DNA from: a virus
Taxonomy: Duplodnaviria > Caudoviricetes
Strand: one strand, 5' to 3'
IMG/VR virus record: IMGVR_UViG_3300025653_000144
Location: 1 to 32,439 of that record
DNA: 32,439 bases
A program made the position numbers and the translations under genes. The notes under the pieces were generated by a model. It did no database searches. It worked only from the letters and a program-made list of their open reading frames with translations, and had not been told where the DNA came from. Shown piece by piece: positions 1 through 9,555 of this stretch (positions within the stretch are counted from its first letter, which is position 1; each line of letters begins with the position of its first letter).

Positions 1-1
1 T

Positions 2-1606
2 CAACTCGGGAAGACAGAAGCTCTGAACAATCTCGTGGGATACTTCATCGACGTTGACCCTGCCCCGATGCTGATGGTTCAACCTACCGTTGAGATGGGT
101 GAGGCATGGAGTAAGGAGAGACTGGCACCGATGGCTAGAGATACACCAAGGATCAAAGACAAGCTCTCTGACGTTAAATCTAGGCATTCTGGGAATACCA
201 TCGCGCACAAAACCTTTCCCGGTGGTAACCTAGCGATCACCGGCGCAAATGCTCCTTCTGGACTCGCAGCCCGTCCCAGGAGAGTTGTTTTCTTGGACGA
301 GGTTGACCGCTACCCCGTGACGGCTGGGAGTGAGGGCGATCCCGTCTCGCTTGCCGTTAGGCGAACAGAAAGCTTCTGGAATGCCGTTGTCGTGATGACG
401 TCAACTCCTACCGTAAAAGGCCGAAGCAGGATTGAAACGGAGTTTGAGGCTAGCGATCAAAGGCGATACTTTTGCCCTTGTCCCAAGTGTGGACATGAGC
501 AAACCCTAAAATGGGCGAACGTGCGATGGGATGCGGAGGATGGCTCAGACGCCTATCTTCATTGTGAGGGGTGTGAAGAGCGACTAACTGATGAGGATAG
601 GATTCAAATGGTCATGAACGGGAAATGGGTGCCGACCTATCCCGAGAGAACATTGAGAGGTTACCACCTTCCCGGTATTGCCTCGATGTTTCGCCACAAG
701 AGGGGATATCAAAACCGTCTTCATCAAATGGCGGCGGAAAATATCAAAGTCAAGAAAGCGGGAAAGGAAGCACTGAGAACGTGGATCAATACTTTCCTAG
801 GTGAGACATGGGAAGACGAGGGAGAAGGCGTGAAATGGGAACCCTTGATGCAAAGGCGCGAGGATTGGGGAGACTTCCCGAAAGAATGCCTTCTGGTTAC
901 CGCCGGGGTGGATATTCAAGGGGACCGGGTTGAGGTCGAACTTGTCGGATGGGGTGAGGGTGAGGAATCATGGAGTCTAGACTATCGAGTCATCATCGGA
1001 GATTTTAATACTCCCGAGGTGCAAAGGGAACTAGACGAGGTATTGAAGACGAAATGGATTCATCCTAGCGGATCAGAGATCGCCATCTCATGCACTTTCA
1101 TTGACTCGGGGCATAAGACAAAGACGGTTTACTCCTACACGAAGCCGAGGCAAATCAGAAAGGTTTTCGCGTGCAAGGGGGTGGGTGGTCCCGGGGTTCC
1201 AATGGTCAATAGGCCGACAAAGCAAGGGGCTGAACGTTCCCTTTTGTTTTCTGTTGGGACCGATACCGCAAAAGAGTTGATCTACTCCAGATTGAGCCTA
1301 GGAGAGAAGGGTGACGGGTTCATGCACTTTCCGAACGACCGCCAGGAAGATTGGTTTCGCCAGCTTACAAGTGAGGTAAAGGTCACACGTTATCGAAATG
1401 GCATCCCCTATTCCCATTTCGAGAATCCCTCAAAAGCGAGGAACGAGGCACTAGATTTGAGGGTTTACGCCAGCGCAGCCTTGGCATTGTTGCGGGTCAA
1501 CTGGGATACTTTGAAAAGGACAATTTTGACGCCTAAGCCAAAGGAAACCGAGAAGCCCAAAAAGAAGACGGCAAAGAAACGAGGAGGATGGGTGAACAAC
1601 TGGTAA
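2..1606 (+). CDS. terL: Terminase large subunit, lambda GpA family (5'-truncated)
   Basis: Frame is open from base 2 (QLGKTE, Walker A). Walker B VVFLDEVDRY, STPT motif, CPKC/CEGC zinc motif, nuclease-domain AGVDIQ, IDSG and RNEALDL. Confidence 0.96.
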   Translation, partial: QLGKTEALNNLVGYFIDVDPAPMLMVQPTVEMGEAWSKERLAPMARDTPRIKDKLSDVKSRHSGNTIAHKTFPGGNLAITGANAPSGLAARPRRVVFLDEVDRYPVTAGSEGDPVSLAVRRTESFWNAVVVMTSTPTVKGRSRIETEFEASDQRRYFCPCPKCGHEQTLKWANVRWDAEDGSDAYLHCEGCEERLTDEDRIQMVMNGKWVPTYPERTLRGYHLPGIASMFRHKRGYQNRLHQMAAENIKVKKAGKEALRTWINTFLGETWEDEGEGVKWEPLMQRREDWGDFPKECLLVTAGVDIQGDRVEVELVGWGEGEESWSLDYRVIIGDFNTPEVQRELDEVLKTKWIHPSGSEIAISCTFIDSGHKTKTVYSYTKPRQIRKVFACKGVGGPGVPMVNRPTKQGAERSLLFSVGTDTAKELIYSRLSLGEKGDGFMHFPNDRQEDWFRQLTSEVKVTRYRNGIPYSHFENPSKARNEALDLRVYASAALALLRVNWDTLKRTILTPKPKETEKPKKKTAKKRGGWVNNW

Positions 1607-1630
1607 GAATTGACATATCGTCAAAACTTA

Positions 1631-1873
1631 ATGGAAGACGCCACCAACGAAGAAAAGTTGTCAAAGGCTTTGGACACATTGGAGGTTATTGACGCCACTC
1701 TCCTGAAACTTTACGCAAAGACCGCATCCTCAACCTCTTTCGGGGATCAGTCGTTGACGCTCACGAGCATCAAGGATCTAGAGGAAAGCCGCGACAAATA
1801 TCGGGTTGAGATCCAACAATTAAAACAAGCAGTGGCCGGGAGTAGGAAAACTCTAAAAATCCAGTTTAGATGA
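1631..1873 (+). CDS. Head-tail adaptor, gpW-like
   Basis: 80 aa, between terminase and lambda-type portal; beta-hairpin/helix pattern (STSFGDQSLTLTSIKDL). ATG 1631 preferred over TTG 1610. Confidence 0.7.
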   Translation: MEDATNEEKLSKALDTLEVIDATLLKLYAKTASSTSFGDQSLTLTSIKDLEESRDKYRVEIQQLKQAVAGSRKTLKIQFR

Positions 1874-3543
1874 TCGGTAAATTCTTTCAACGCAAACCGA
1901 AAGACAAGGTTAAGAAGCGCAGTTTCAAAGCGGTTTCTTCTAGTCGTCTGTCTCTTGACTGGATCACATCTTCTCTTTCTCAAGATGGGGAGTTGAGGGG
2001 GAACCTAACGAGTCTCCGCAATCGTTCGCGCGATCTCGAAAGGAACAACGAATGGGTGAAGGGTTTCTTGCGATCTCTTGAAAACAACGTCTTAGGAGAA
2101 AAGGGGGTCTCTCTCCAGGTCCGATCGAAGGAGCCAAACGGAACGCTTGACGAGGTAGCGAACAATCTGATTGAAGCGGGTTGGAAACAATGGGGACGGC
2201 GCGGGAATTGTGATGTGACCGGTAAGCATTCTTGGTGTGATGTCCAAAGACTAATCCTACGTTCTATCGCAAGGGATGGAGAGGTGATCATCAGGATGAT
2301 GAGGTCTAGCGATGGTCTGAGACTTCAAGTCTTGGAAGCTGACCTTCTTGATGAGACATATTTTCTAAAACTAGATAATGGGAATGAGATCAGATTTGGT
2401 ATTGAATTTGATCAATACAGGAAGCCGATAGCATATCACATGCTGACGAATCACCCTGGGGATTCTCAATTTGGGGCTGATTTCAAAAGGCGAGTTAGAA
2501 TTCCTGCGGATGAAATCTTACATCCATTCCGAACGGAACGAGCAGAGCAAACAAGGGGCATTCCTTGGTTGGTATCTTCAATGAACCGTCTCAAGATGTT
2601 AGACGGTTACGCTGAGGCCGAGCTTGTCGCGGCTAGGACGGGAGCGGCAAAGATGGGATTCTTCACCAAAAAGACACCCGAGGGATGGACAGGGGAAATA
2701 GATGATGACGGGAACCTCCCCGTTGATGCCTCGCCAGGAACAATCGAGGAACTCCCAATGGGGGTTGACTTTCAATCTTGGGACACCAACCACCCTAATT
2801 CTGGTTATGGAGATTTCGTCAAATCGTGCCTCCGTGGAGTCGCTACTTCTCTCGGCATTAGCTATAACTCACTTTCCAATGATTTGGAGGGTGTTAACTA
2901 TTCTTCTATCAGAGCGGGGCTCTTGGAGGAAAGGGAAGTTTGGAAAGCAATCCAAAGATTCTTGATCGAACATATTCTCGAACCGATCTTTGAAGCTTGG
3001 CTTGAGATTGAACTTCTTTCGGGACGCTTAGGGCTTCCTTTTGATAAGTTCTGGAAATTCAACGCTCCTGATTTCCGAGGCCGTCGCTGGGCTTGGGTTG
3101 ATCCCAAGAAGGATATGGAAGCCGCAATTCTCGGGATTCAGCATCACATCACAACTCATCGAGACGTTATTGCAGACGGAGGGGGAGATGTTTACGAAGT
3201 CTTTACCAAGGCCAAGGATGATGAAGAACTAATGGATCAAATGGGACTCACTGAAGGAGAGACTACGGATCCTGTAGAAGAGGGCGAAGAACCAGCAGTT
3301 ACAGAAGAAATTCAAAAGACTGCGTTAAATGGGGCTCAAGTAACCTCATTGCTTCAATTAGCCAATCAAGTTGCAAATGGAGAGATCCCCTTGCCTACTG
3401 CAAAGGCGATTGCTGAATCAGCATTCCCTGCTATTGGACAAGATAAGATCAATGAGATTTTTGATAGCATCGAAGTAAAAGAAGATCCCGCGCAATTTGA
3501 CACGCCATCAGAAGATGATGGTGACTCGCAAGGAGATTCCTAA
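1870..3543 (+). CDS. Portal protein, lambda family, with acidic C-terminal extension
   Basis: LRNRSRDLERNN, RDGEV, QTRGIPW, LSNDLEGVNYSSIRAGLLE and WAWVDPKKD motifs typical of lambda gpB-like portals. Confidence 0.95.
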   Translation: MIGKFFQRKPKDKVKKRSFKAVSSSRLSLDWITSSLSQDGELRGNLTSLRNRSRDLERNNEWVKGFLRSLENNVLGEKGVSLQVRSKEPNGTLDEVANNLIEAGWKQWGRRGNCDVTGKHSWCDVQRLILRSIARDGEVIIRMMRSSDGLRLQVLEADLLDETYFLKLDNGNEIRFGIEFDQYRKPIAYHMLTNHPGDSQFGADFKRRVRIPADEILHPFRTERAEQTRGIPWLVSSMNRLKMLDGYAEAELVAARTGAAKMGFFTKKTPEGWTGEIDDDGNLPVDASPGTIEELPMGVDFQSWDTNHPNSGYGDFVKSCLRGVATSLGISYNSLSNDLEGVNYSSIRAGLLEEREVWKAIQRFLIEHILEPIFEAWLEIELLSGRLGLPFDKFWKFNAPDFRGRRWAWVDPKKDMEAAILGIQHHITTHRDVIADGGGDVYEVFTKAKDDEELMDQMGLTEGETTDPVEEGEEPAVTEEIQKTALNGAQVTSLLQLANQVANGEIPLPTAKAIAESAFPAIGQDKINEIFDSIEVKEDPAQFDTPSEDDGDSQGDS

Positions 3544-5458
3544 AAACAAGCTTTGGCATCGGTCTCTGGAGATCGACAAACGGGCCATTGACGAAGAGTC
3601 TAGAACGGTTGAACTAGCATTTTCCTCTGAGTTCACCGGAGAGCGTTGGTATGGGACCGAGACATTGAGCCACGAGAGAAGCGCGGTTCGCCTTGATCGA
3701 ATCAATAATGGGGGCGCATTGCTTTTAGAGCATGACCGCAACGATCAGATCGGAGTCGTTGAGCGTGCGTGGATCGATGACGATAAAAAGGGAAGGGCTC
3801 GTGTTAAGTTTAGCAAGAGCGCACGAGGTGAAGAGATTTTCCAAGACGTGAAAGACGGTATCAGACAGTTGGTTTCTGTCGGGTATGTGATTCACGGTGA
3901 GAGCACCCAAAAGCTAGATGGAGGTCGGGAGGCCGTCACTGCTACTGACTGGGAGCCTTACGAACTGAGCTTGGTCAGCATCCCGTTCGACGACTCTGTG
4001 GGAGTCGGGCGAAAGATGGAAAACGAAACCACGGACAAAACTAATACTACTAAAACCATGTCTGATACTATCAAAGACCAGGCTGACAAGGCCACTCCTC
4101 CCGAGGCTCAAAAGCGTTCCGTGGAGGTGATCAACGAGCGTCCCACCGTGGACGCTAAGAAGGAGCGGGAAACTGCTATTAGCGCAGAACGTAGCCGTAT
4201 TGCACGCATTCAAGAGATTGCTGAGGCTTCCAAGTCTCGGGGAATCGTTCTTGATGCCAACAAAGCGATTGAGCGAGGAACTGATATCAATGAGTTTCAG
4301 TCCGAAGCCCTTGCTGCATTCACCAGCCGACATACCGACTACACCCCTGCCAACGATCTTTCCAAGAGTGAAAAGCGGGATCTCGCAAAATTCGATCTTT
4401 CCCGAGCCCTGCAATCCTGCATCGGAGAGCGGAAACTTGAAGGCATCGAGAAGGAAATCGTCACTGAAGGTTTTCGTGAGGCTAACGAGGCCGGAATCAA
4501 GCGAGGTGGCGGAATCATGCTTCCCGGCTTTTACGTCAATCGCGCCCAGCGTGACATGACTGCTACCGGGGGCACTGGTGGAGATCAAGGCGGAATGACC
4601 GTGGCTACTGAAAAGGCAGGTCTCCTCGATGACTTCTACAATGCTAACGTCCTCGCTCAAAGCGGTGCTACGGTTCTGACCGGGCTTACCAGCAATCTCG
4701 ACGTTCCTCGTTTGATTGCCGGAAGTGATCCCGCAGGCAAGGCCGAGAATGCCACTGCCGATGAGATCGCACCGACGACCGCTCAACTTGAGCTTTCGCC
4801 GCAACGTCTCCCGGGTTACGTCAACATCTCGAAGCAGCTTATCATGCAGAGTTCATCTGCGATTGAAGCGATTGTTCGCTCTAACGTGACTGCTCAGATG
4901 CTTGCCGTTCAGGAAGCCGCATTCTTCCACGGAACCGGAACCAACGAAGCCGAAGGTATCGCTGGAACCAATGGAATCGGAAGCGTTGTTGGTGGAGATA
5001 ACGGTGCTGCTCCTTCCTGGGAAGACATCGTTGATCTTGAAGAAGCAGTCGACGCCCAGAATGCTCTTGGTGGTAGCCTGTATTACTTCACCAACGGGCA
5101 AATCAAGAAGAAGCTCAAAGAGACTCCGCTCCAAGGATTGGGTGTTGAAGGTGCGTTCATCATCCCCCCGAACACTCGGAACGGAGAGATCGAACTGAAC
5201 GGATACCGGACTGCGTTTACCAACGCAATCAGCCGGACTCTCGACAAGGGGGATGCTACTGGAGAATGTTCAGCCATCTTCTTCGGGAATGCTTCCGATT
5301 ACTTCATCGGATACTGGGGTGGATTGATGCTTGACCTCGTCTCTGACGCTACCCTCGCTACGAAGGGACTCTACCGACTCGTCGGGGAGACCTACTACGA
5401 TGGCGGCGTGCAGCGTCCTAAGAGCTTTGCAGCAATGCTCGACGCTCTGGGAGCGTAA
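3518..5458 (+). CDS. Fused HK97-type prohead protease / scaffold / major capsid protein
   Basis: N-terminal protease motifs (VELAFSSE, LLLEHD, VSVGY, WEPYELSLVSIPFD), helical scaffold (AERSRIARIQEI), C-terminal HK97-fold capsid (GGMTVATE, NGYRTAFTN, IFFGN). Start at 3515 or 3518. Confidence 0.93.
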   Translation: MVTRKEIPKNKLWHRSLEIDKRAIDEESRTVELAFSSEFTGERWYGTETLSHERSAVRLDRINNGGALLLEHDRNDQIGVVERAWIDDDKKGRARVKFSKSARGEEIFQDVKDGIRQLVSVGYVIHGESTQKLDGGREAVTATDWEPYELSLVSIPFDDSVGVGRKMENETTDKTNTTKTMSDTIKDQADKATPPEAQKRSVEVINERPTVDAKKERETAISAERSRIARIQEIAEASKSRGIVLDANKAIERGTDINEFQSEALAAFTSRHTDYTPANDLSKSEKRDLAKFDLSRALQSCIGERKLEGIEKEIVTEGFREANEAGIKRGGGIMLPGFYVNRAQRDMTATGGTGGDQGGMTVATEKAGLLDDFYNANVLAQSGATVLTGLTSNLDVPRLIAGSDPAGKAENATADEIAPTTAQLELSPQRLPGYVNISKQLIMQSSSAIEAIVRSNVTAQMLAVQEAAFFHGTGTNEAEGIAGTNGIGSVVGGDNGAAPSWEDIVDLEEAVDAQNALGGSLYYFTNGQIKKKLKETPLQGLGVEGAFIIPPNTRNGEIELNGYRTAFTNAISRTLDKGDATGECSAIFFGNASDYFIGYWGGLMLDLVSDATLATKGLYRLVGETYYDGGVQRPKSFAAMLDALGA

Positions 5459-5492
5459 ATCACAACTTTCTTGTTTGGTTGTTCATAGTCCG

Positions 5493-5526
5493 AAAGGCGC
5501 AGGGGTTCCGGCTTCTGCGCCTTTTT
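5493..5526 (+). terminator. Rho-independent terminator after capsid gene
   Basis: AAAGGCGCAGGGGT-TCCG-GCTTCTGCGCCTTT stem-loop ending in a T-run. Confidence 0.8.
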
Positions 5527-5543
5527 GACTCTCTCAAAGTATC

Positions 5544-5741
5544 ATGAAGACTCTTATCGTGACTGCCCCTTGCTTTCTTGATGAGAAGCCATTGGAGACT
5601 GGAGAAGTTCTAAAGCTTGAAGATGCGAAAGCATATCTATTGCTAACTGGTGGTCGGGTTAAACTCTTCGATGGAGTTATCGAAGAAAAGCCCGTTACCA
5701 AGAAAGCCGCTAAAAAGGCAGCTAAGAAAAAGGCTAAGTAA
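5544..5741 (+). CDS. Small head-associated protein with Lys/Ala-rich tail
   Basis: 65 aa directly after capsid; KKAAKKAAKKKAK C-terminus; TAATG overlap with next gene. Confidence 0.65.
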   Translation: MKTLIVTAPCFLDEKPLETGEVLKLEDAKAYLLLTGGRVKLFDGVIEEKPVTKKAAKKAAKKKAK

Positions 5742-6055
5742 TGCAAACTGCACTTGCTCAATCTTTCGGTGATTCGTTTGAAGAGCACCTTGAAGACTTC
5801 GCAGTTTCAATCGTTATCAATTCCCAGACTATTCGGGCCGTTGTTAACGAATCCCAATTTGGCAGGGAACTGATGGAGGGAGGCTTCGCCGATGACTCTG
5901 ATATTGATGTGAAATTCCTACTCTCCGACCTATCGGCAATTCCTAGCCTTGGGGATCTCGTGACCTATCGAGATAGGAACTTTCGAGTTTCACGCCTAGG
6001 GATTCAACCTGGAGCCCTTGTCGGGGAGATTACTTGCCGACCGTCCAAGCGTTAA
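5741..6055 (+). CDS. Head-tail joining / head-closure protein (gpFII-like)
   Basis: 104 aa beta-rich, PSLGDLVTYRDRNFRV motif, position after capsid. Confidence 0.65.
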   Translation: MQTALAQSFGDSFEEHLEDFAVSIVINSQTIRAVVNESQFGRELMEGGFADDSDIDVKFLLSDLSAIPSLGDLVTYRDRNFRVSRLGIQPGALVGEITCRPSKR

Positions 6056-6663
6056 AGACGCTTCAGAAGCTCAATCAAGCCAGCGGTATCGGCTTTCAGG
6101 GCCTCAATCTCGTCTTCATCCATTGCGGGGATTGTCTTTCTTAGGATTGAAATCAGGCCGCGCAGATGGGGAACGTAGTTGTCCCTACCGAACTTTCTCT
6201 TTCTCTCCTCGTAAGCCTCGGGTGTGATGATCTTAGGATCATCTGGGAAGCATGAGATTGAAAGCTTAAGTAGCTTCTTAGGAGGGGCCTTGTCTAGCTT
6301 TGAAACGAACTCAAGCCATGCGTCCCGCTTGTCCTCGTTTGAGATCGTGGAGATTGCTTGGTGATGCTCAAAAGTCAGGGATGGAACCCTCTTCTCAATC
6401 GGGATTCTGCGGCAAACAGTGGCCAATGAGAGAAGGGATTGACGATCAACCCCCGTCAGTTTCTCAGCCTCAATCATCAATTCATTTGGAATCCTCTTTT
6501 TGAAATTGGTGCCACCGTAAACCAGCCAATCTCCGAGTGCCCATGAAAACCTTTTGGTGGCTTCTCCAAAGCGGTTTCCGATCTCTTGCCATTCCTCAAA
6601 GGGAAGCTCCCCTTGAAATTGAATCCCGACTTGGCCGGGAGTTTCGATAAGCTCTAAAGACAT
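6052..6663 (-). CDS. LmbU-family-like DNA-binding/regulatory protein
   Basis: LPFEEWQEIG, SWALGDWLVYG and TVCRRIPIEKRVPSLTFEHHQAI resemble the recalled LmbU pattern (FEEW, WxLGDWLxYG, LSFxHH). Confidence 0.7.
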   Translation of the reverse strand: MSLELIETPGQVGIQFQGELPFEEWQEIGNRFGEATKRFSWALGDWLVYGGTNFKKRIPNELMIEAEKLTGVDRQSLLSLATVCRRIPIEKRVPSLTFEHHQAISTISNEDKRDAWLEFVSKLDKAPPKKLLKLSISCFPDDPKIITPEAYEERKRKFGRDNYVPHLRGLISILRKTIPAMDEDEIEALKADTAGLIELLKRL

Positions 6664-7037
6664 TGTTCAATCAGTTGTTTTAGTTTTTTGGAACGAGCAA
6701 TTCGGCAATTCTCTTGCCCCGAAAAATTCCGCATAGCTCGAACAGGCGGAATTCCTAAAAGATTGCAGAGATCTACGCATCTCCGACTAACGGTTGCCCG
6801 GGTAACCATGTTATCCCTTGCGATCTGCGCCATTGATTTCCCTTGATAGCCAATTCCCGATATAAGAGATAGGCATTCAATCGAAAGGGCAGGATGGGGG
6901 CATTTATGAAGAATCCCGATCAGGGTTCGCATCATCATTAACTCTGGTGAATCCATCTTGGGTTGCTCTTCTTGGATTTCTTCAGGCATGACAACCGGGA
7001 CCCTTTCGCCATTCTCCCAATAAAATCTTTCAGACAT
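6654..7037 (-). CDS. Helix-turn-helix protein (sigma region 4-like HTH)
   Basis: GKSMAQIARDNMVTRATVSRR is a clear HTH. ATG at 7037 preferred; overlaps the LmbU-like gene by 10 nt. Confidence 0.65.
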   Translation of the reverse strand: MSERFYWENGERVPVVMPEEIQEEQPKMDSPELMMMRTLIGILHKCPHPALSIECLSLISGIGYQGKSMAQIARDNMVTRATVSRRCVDLCNLLGIPPVRAMRNFSGQENCRIARSKKLKQLIEQCL

Positions 7038-7079
7038 GTAATAAAAATTACCCTTCATTTGACAAATTAGCAATTCTTA

Positions 7080-7763
7080 ATGGCTTTCAGGCAATCGGGA
7101 ACATCTCAGACAATCCAGCAGGTCTCGGAGAGGTTTGAAACCGATAGATTCGGGATTGATACCGTGGAGCTTGTGGTGAAAATCCCAGACAATCTTTTCC
7201 CGTCTCAGGTCTTATCAGACTTCGCCCCTCATCCTAGGTTTTCAAACATGCTCCTTTCTAGGAGATCTGGATCTAGGAATGAGCCTGGTTACATGACGGT
7301 CTCCTATCTTTTTGAAGGATTCCTCCTTTCGATCCCTGAGCCCACATACGAGCTCACAACGTCTTTGACGGTTGAGCCTATTCAAACTCATCCAGACTTC
7401 GCCACGTTCGCAGGGACGCCAGCAGCCCCCCTTAACGGATCCTTATTTGTTGATCCTGAAACAGGATGGGAGTCATCTAAAACCAATGCCGTCTGGAAAG
7501 AATTTGTTGGATCAAGCAAAGCCGGGATTGATTCATATCTTGTTCCTGGGGCTGAATGGAGAGAAACTAAATTCCAGACCAACGAACCAACTGGAATCAG
7601 GGATGTTGGAACGATAGACAGTCCTGACGGTCCCGCCCCTAGCGTCTCAGGCCGAGACTGGCTAGCATGGGCAGAATCTTACATTAGGAGAGGGGCAGTC
7701 TATCAGGTAGCTACGGTCTGGAAACTATCGGGCCGAAATGGATGGGATTCAGACATCTATTAA
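7080..7763 (+). CDS. Putative virion (tail tip/hub) protein
   Basis: 227 aa ORF in structural module ending WDSDIY; function inferred from context only. Confidence 0.55.
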   Translation: MAFRQSGTSQTIQQVSERFETDRFGIDTVELVVKIPDNLFPSQVLSDFAPHPRFSNMLLSRRSGSRNEPGYMTVSYLFEGFLLSIPEPTYELTTSLTVEPIQTHPDFATFAGTPAAPLNGSLFVDPETGWESSKTNAVWKEFVGSSKAGIDSYLVPGAEWRETKFQTNEPTGIRDVGTIDSPDGPAPSVSGRDWLAWAESYIRRGAVYQVATVWKLSGRNGWDSDIY

Positions 7764-7775
7764 CCTCCAATTTAA

Positions 7776-8780
7776 ATGGATTTAGAAACGATATTTCAAG
7801 GGGGATTTACTCCCGCAAAATGGAGACTCTTAGGGGACTACCTCAAAGGAGACAAGCTACACCCGGGGAAAGGAATCAGAATTGATAATTCTGCATCAAG
7901 TGGGAAGACGGTTTCTGCGATCAAGCAAAGAGAATACAGGAGGTCACAACAGCCGCCCTTTTCAATTCTTACTTTGCAAAAGGTCCCGGCCAGCGATCCC
8001 GCAGAATACAAGGTTACGCTCCAAGACGGCTCAGTCATCGAAAGGGATACAACATCGGGAAGCGATGGAGTGGTCGAACATGATTGCAACATTGGAGGTT
8101 CCCCGATGTCTACCAGACCGAGGCCGGAACTAACTCTATCAGATGGGGAGTTCATTGCAGTTACGTTCACCACTGATGCGGATGGCTTCATCCAAGGAAC
8201 ACCTGCCGTTGTCGCGGCATCAACAGAGCAAGATTCAATCCACCACCAGCCAGCCTCGGGAGAGGGGCTAGGAGAATCGGGGGACTATTGGATCAAGATT
8301 TCTCAACTCAATATCGTTTCAGGAGCCCCAGAGATCACGGTGTTTCAACAATCAGACATCGAGCACTCGCGGCTATGGAAGGGGCGAAACATCGGCGGGG
8401 CTCGATACATTCACAAAGAGCGGGACGGAGCAAATGATACCTACGACTTCCGAACGCTTGAGCAATTTGAGCCAGTCGGTAGAACTTACGGAAAAGTCAT
8501 TGTTCCTTTTGTAAATGGAGACGAGCAGGATGATGCGAATGATTCCATCAAATTTTCCGCAATCGCAGAACGGGCGAGCAATCCCCAAGTCAACGTGAAA
8601 GATAACGGGGCCGGGATCATCACGGTTGAGGGTAACGGGAACTCTGGAGTCTTGGAGTGGTCTAACTGTGAAGACCCAGCAGTGACCGTTACACTTCTTC
8701 AGTGGGAAGACGGGTTAATCATAACAAATGAAGATACCAAGATCACCGCCGGTTGTTCTGGTAGTGGATCGGGGGGGTGA
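7776..8780 (+). CDS. Putative virion tail protein
   Basis: 334 aa acidic, beta-rich; PGKGIRIDNSASSGKTVSA segment resembles tail-tip/fibre linkers. Confidence 0.55.
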   Translation: MDLETIFQGGFTPAKWRLLGDYLKGDKLHPGKGIRIDNSASSGKTVSAIKQREYRRSQQPPFSILTLQKVPASDPAEYKVTLQDGSVIERDTTSGSDGVVEHDCNIGGSPMSTRPRPELTLSDGEFIAVTFTTDADGFIQGTPAVVAASTEQDSIHHQPASGEGLGESGDYWIKISQLNIVSGAPEITVFQQSDIEHSRLWKGRNIGGARYIHKERDGANDTYDFRTLEQFEPVGRTYGKVIVPFVNGDEQDDANDSIKFSAIAERASNPQVNVKDNGAGIITVEGNGNSGVLEWSNCEDPAVTVTLLQWEDGLIITNEDTKITAGCSGSGSGG

Positions 8781-8781
8781 T

Positions 8782-9555
8782 ATGTTTGATATTGACGTTG
8801 ATACCAGCAATCTTGAGCGAGTCATGCGCGACTTCGCGAAGCAAGCAAACAAGGAGATGGATGAGATTGTTGAGAAGCAAGCGGGGATGCTTGTTGGTCA
8901 CCTTATTGCTTTGACGCCACCAGCAGCCGCTAAGAGCCAAGCGATGAACGATTCCGGGGGAGTTAAGCCAGAGGCTAGAAAGCGAGGAGAGAATCGCATC
9001 AAGGCAGACTTAGCAGTTCTATTTCCAACGGCTAGAATGAAACCTGAGAATGCCAAGGCAATGGTCAAGGCTGGTTATCAATTTGGAACGAGACGAGGCA
9101 GAAAGACGGTCAAAATGTATGCTGAAAGCATCTCTGATCTTCGCAGAATTCATCAATTAGCTAGATCAAAATCAACGGGACGGGTTAGGACGGGAACGAC
9201 CGGGCAAAACATGGCACTCACAAGAGCCGCTTTGAAGAACCAATACTTTAAGATGATCAAGGGGGACGTTGGTATTCTTAGCGCGGGATGGATGAGGGCA
9301 GCTAGGAAGCTTCAAACTGCCAAGGGGAAGACTCCAACATGGATCACAAGGCATGGAACAAAACCTGGAGCAACCGAGTTTCGGCATTCCAAGTCTGGTC
9401 TGACGATTACTATCAGAAACAAGATGCCGTATTTTCCAAAAGATTACGCGAGACGATTTCAAAGAGCGATTGACCGTAGAGAATACGGATTGAAAACCGC
9501 ACTTCAAGCGATGCTTGACAGGAAAGCTAGAAGAGCAACCCAACGAATGAAATGA
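8782..9555 (+). CDS. Basic neck / tail-completion protein (HK97 gp10-like position)
   Basis: MFDIDVDTSNLERVMRDF start, very basic, TITIRNKMPY motif, precedes terminator and tube genes. Confidence 0.6.
   Translation: MFDIDVDTSNLERVMRDFAKQANKEMDEIVEKQAGMLVGHLIALTPPAAAKSQAMNDSGGVKPEARKRGENRIKADLAVLFPTARMKPENAKAMVKAGYQFGTRRGRKTVKMYAESISDLRRIHQLARSKSTGRVRTGTTGQNMALTRAALKNQYFKMIKGDVGILSAGWMRAARKLQTAKGKTPTWITRHGTKPGATEFRHSKSGLTITIRNKMPYFPKDYARRFQRAIDRREYGLKTALQAMLDRKARRATQRMK

Noticed and set aside
3914-4804. 296-aa minus-strand ORF and other antisense ORFs in the track
   Set aside because: Shadows of well-supported + strand genes with no recognisable motifs.
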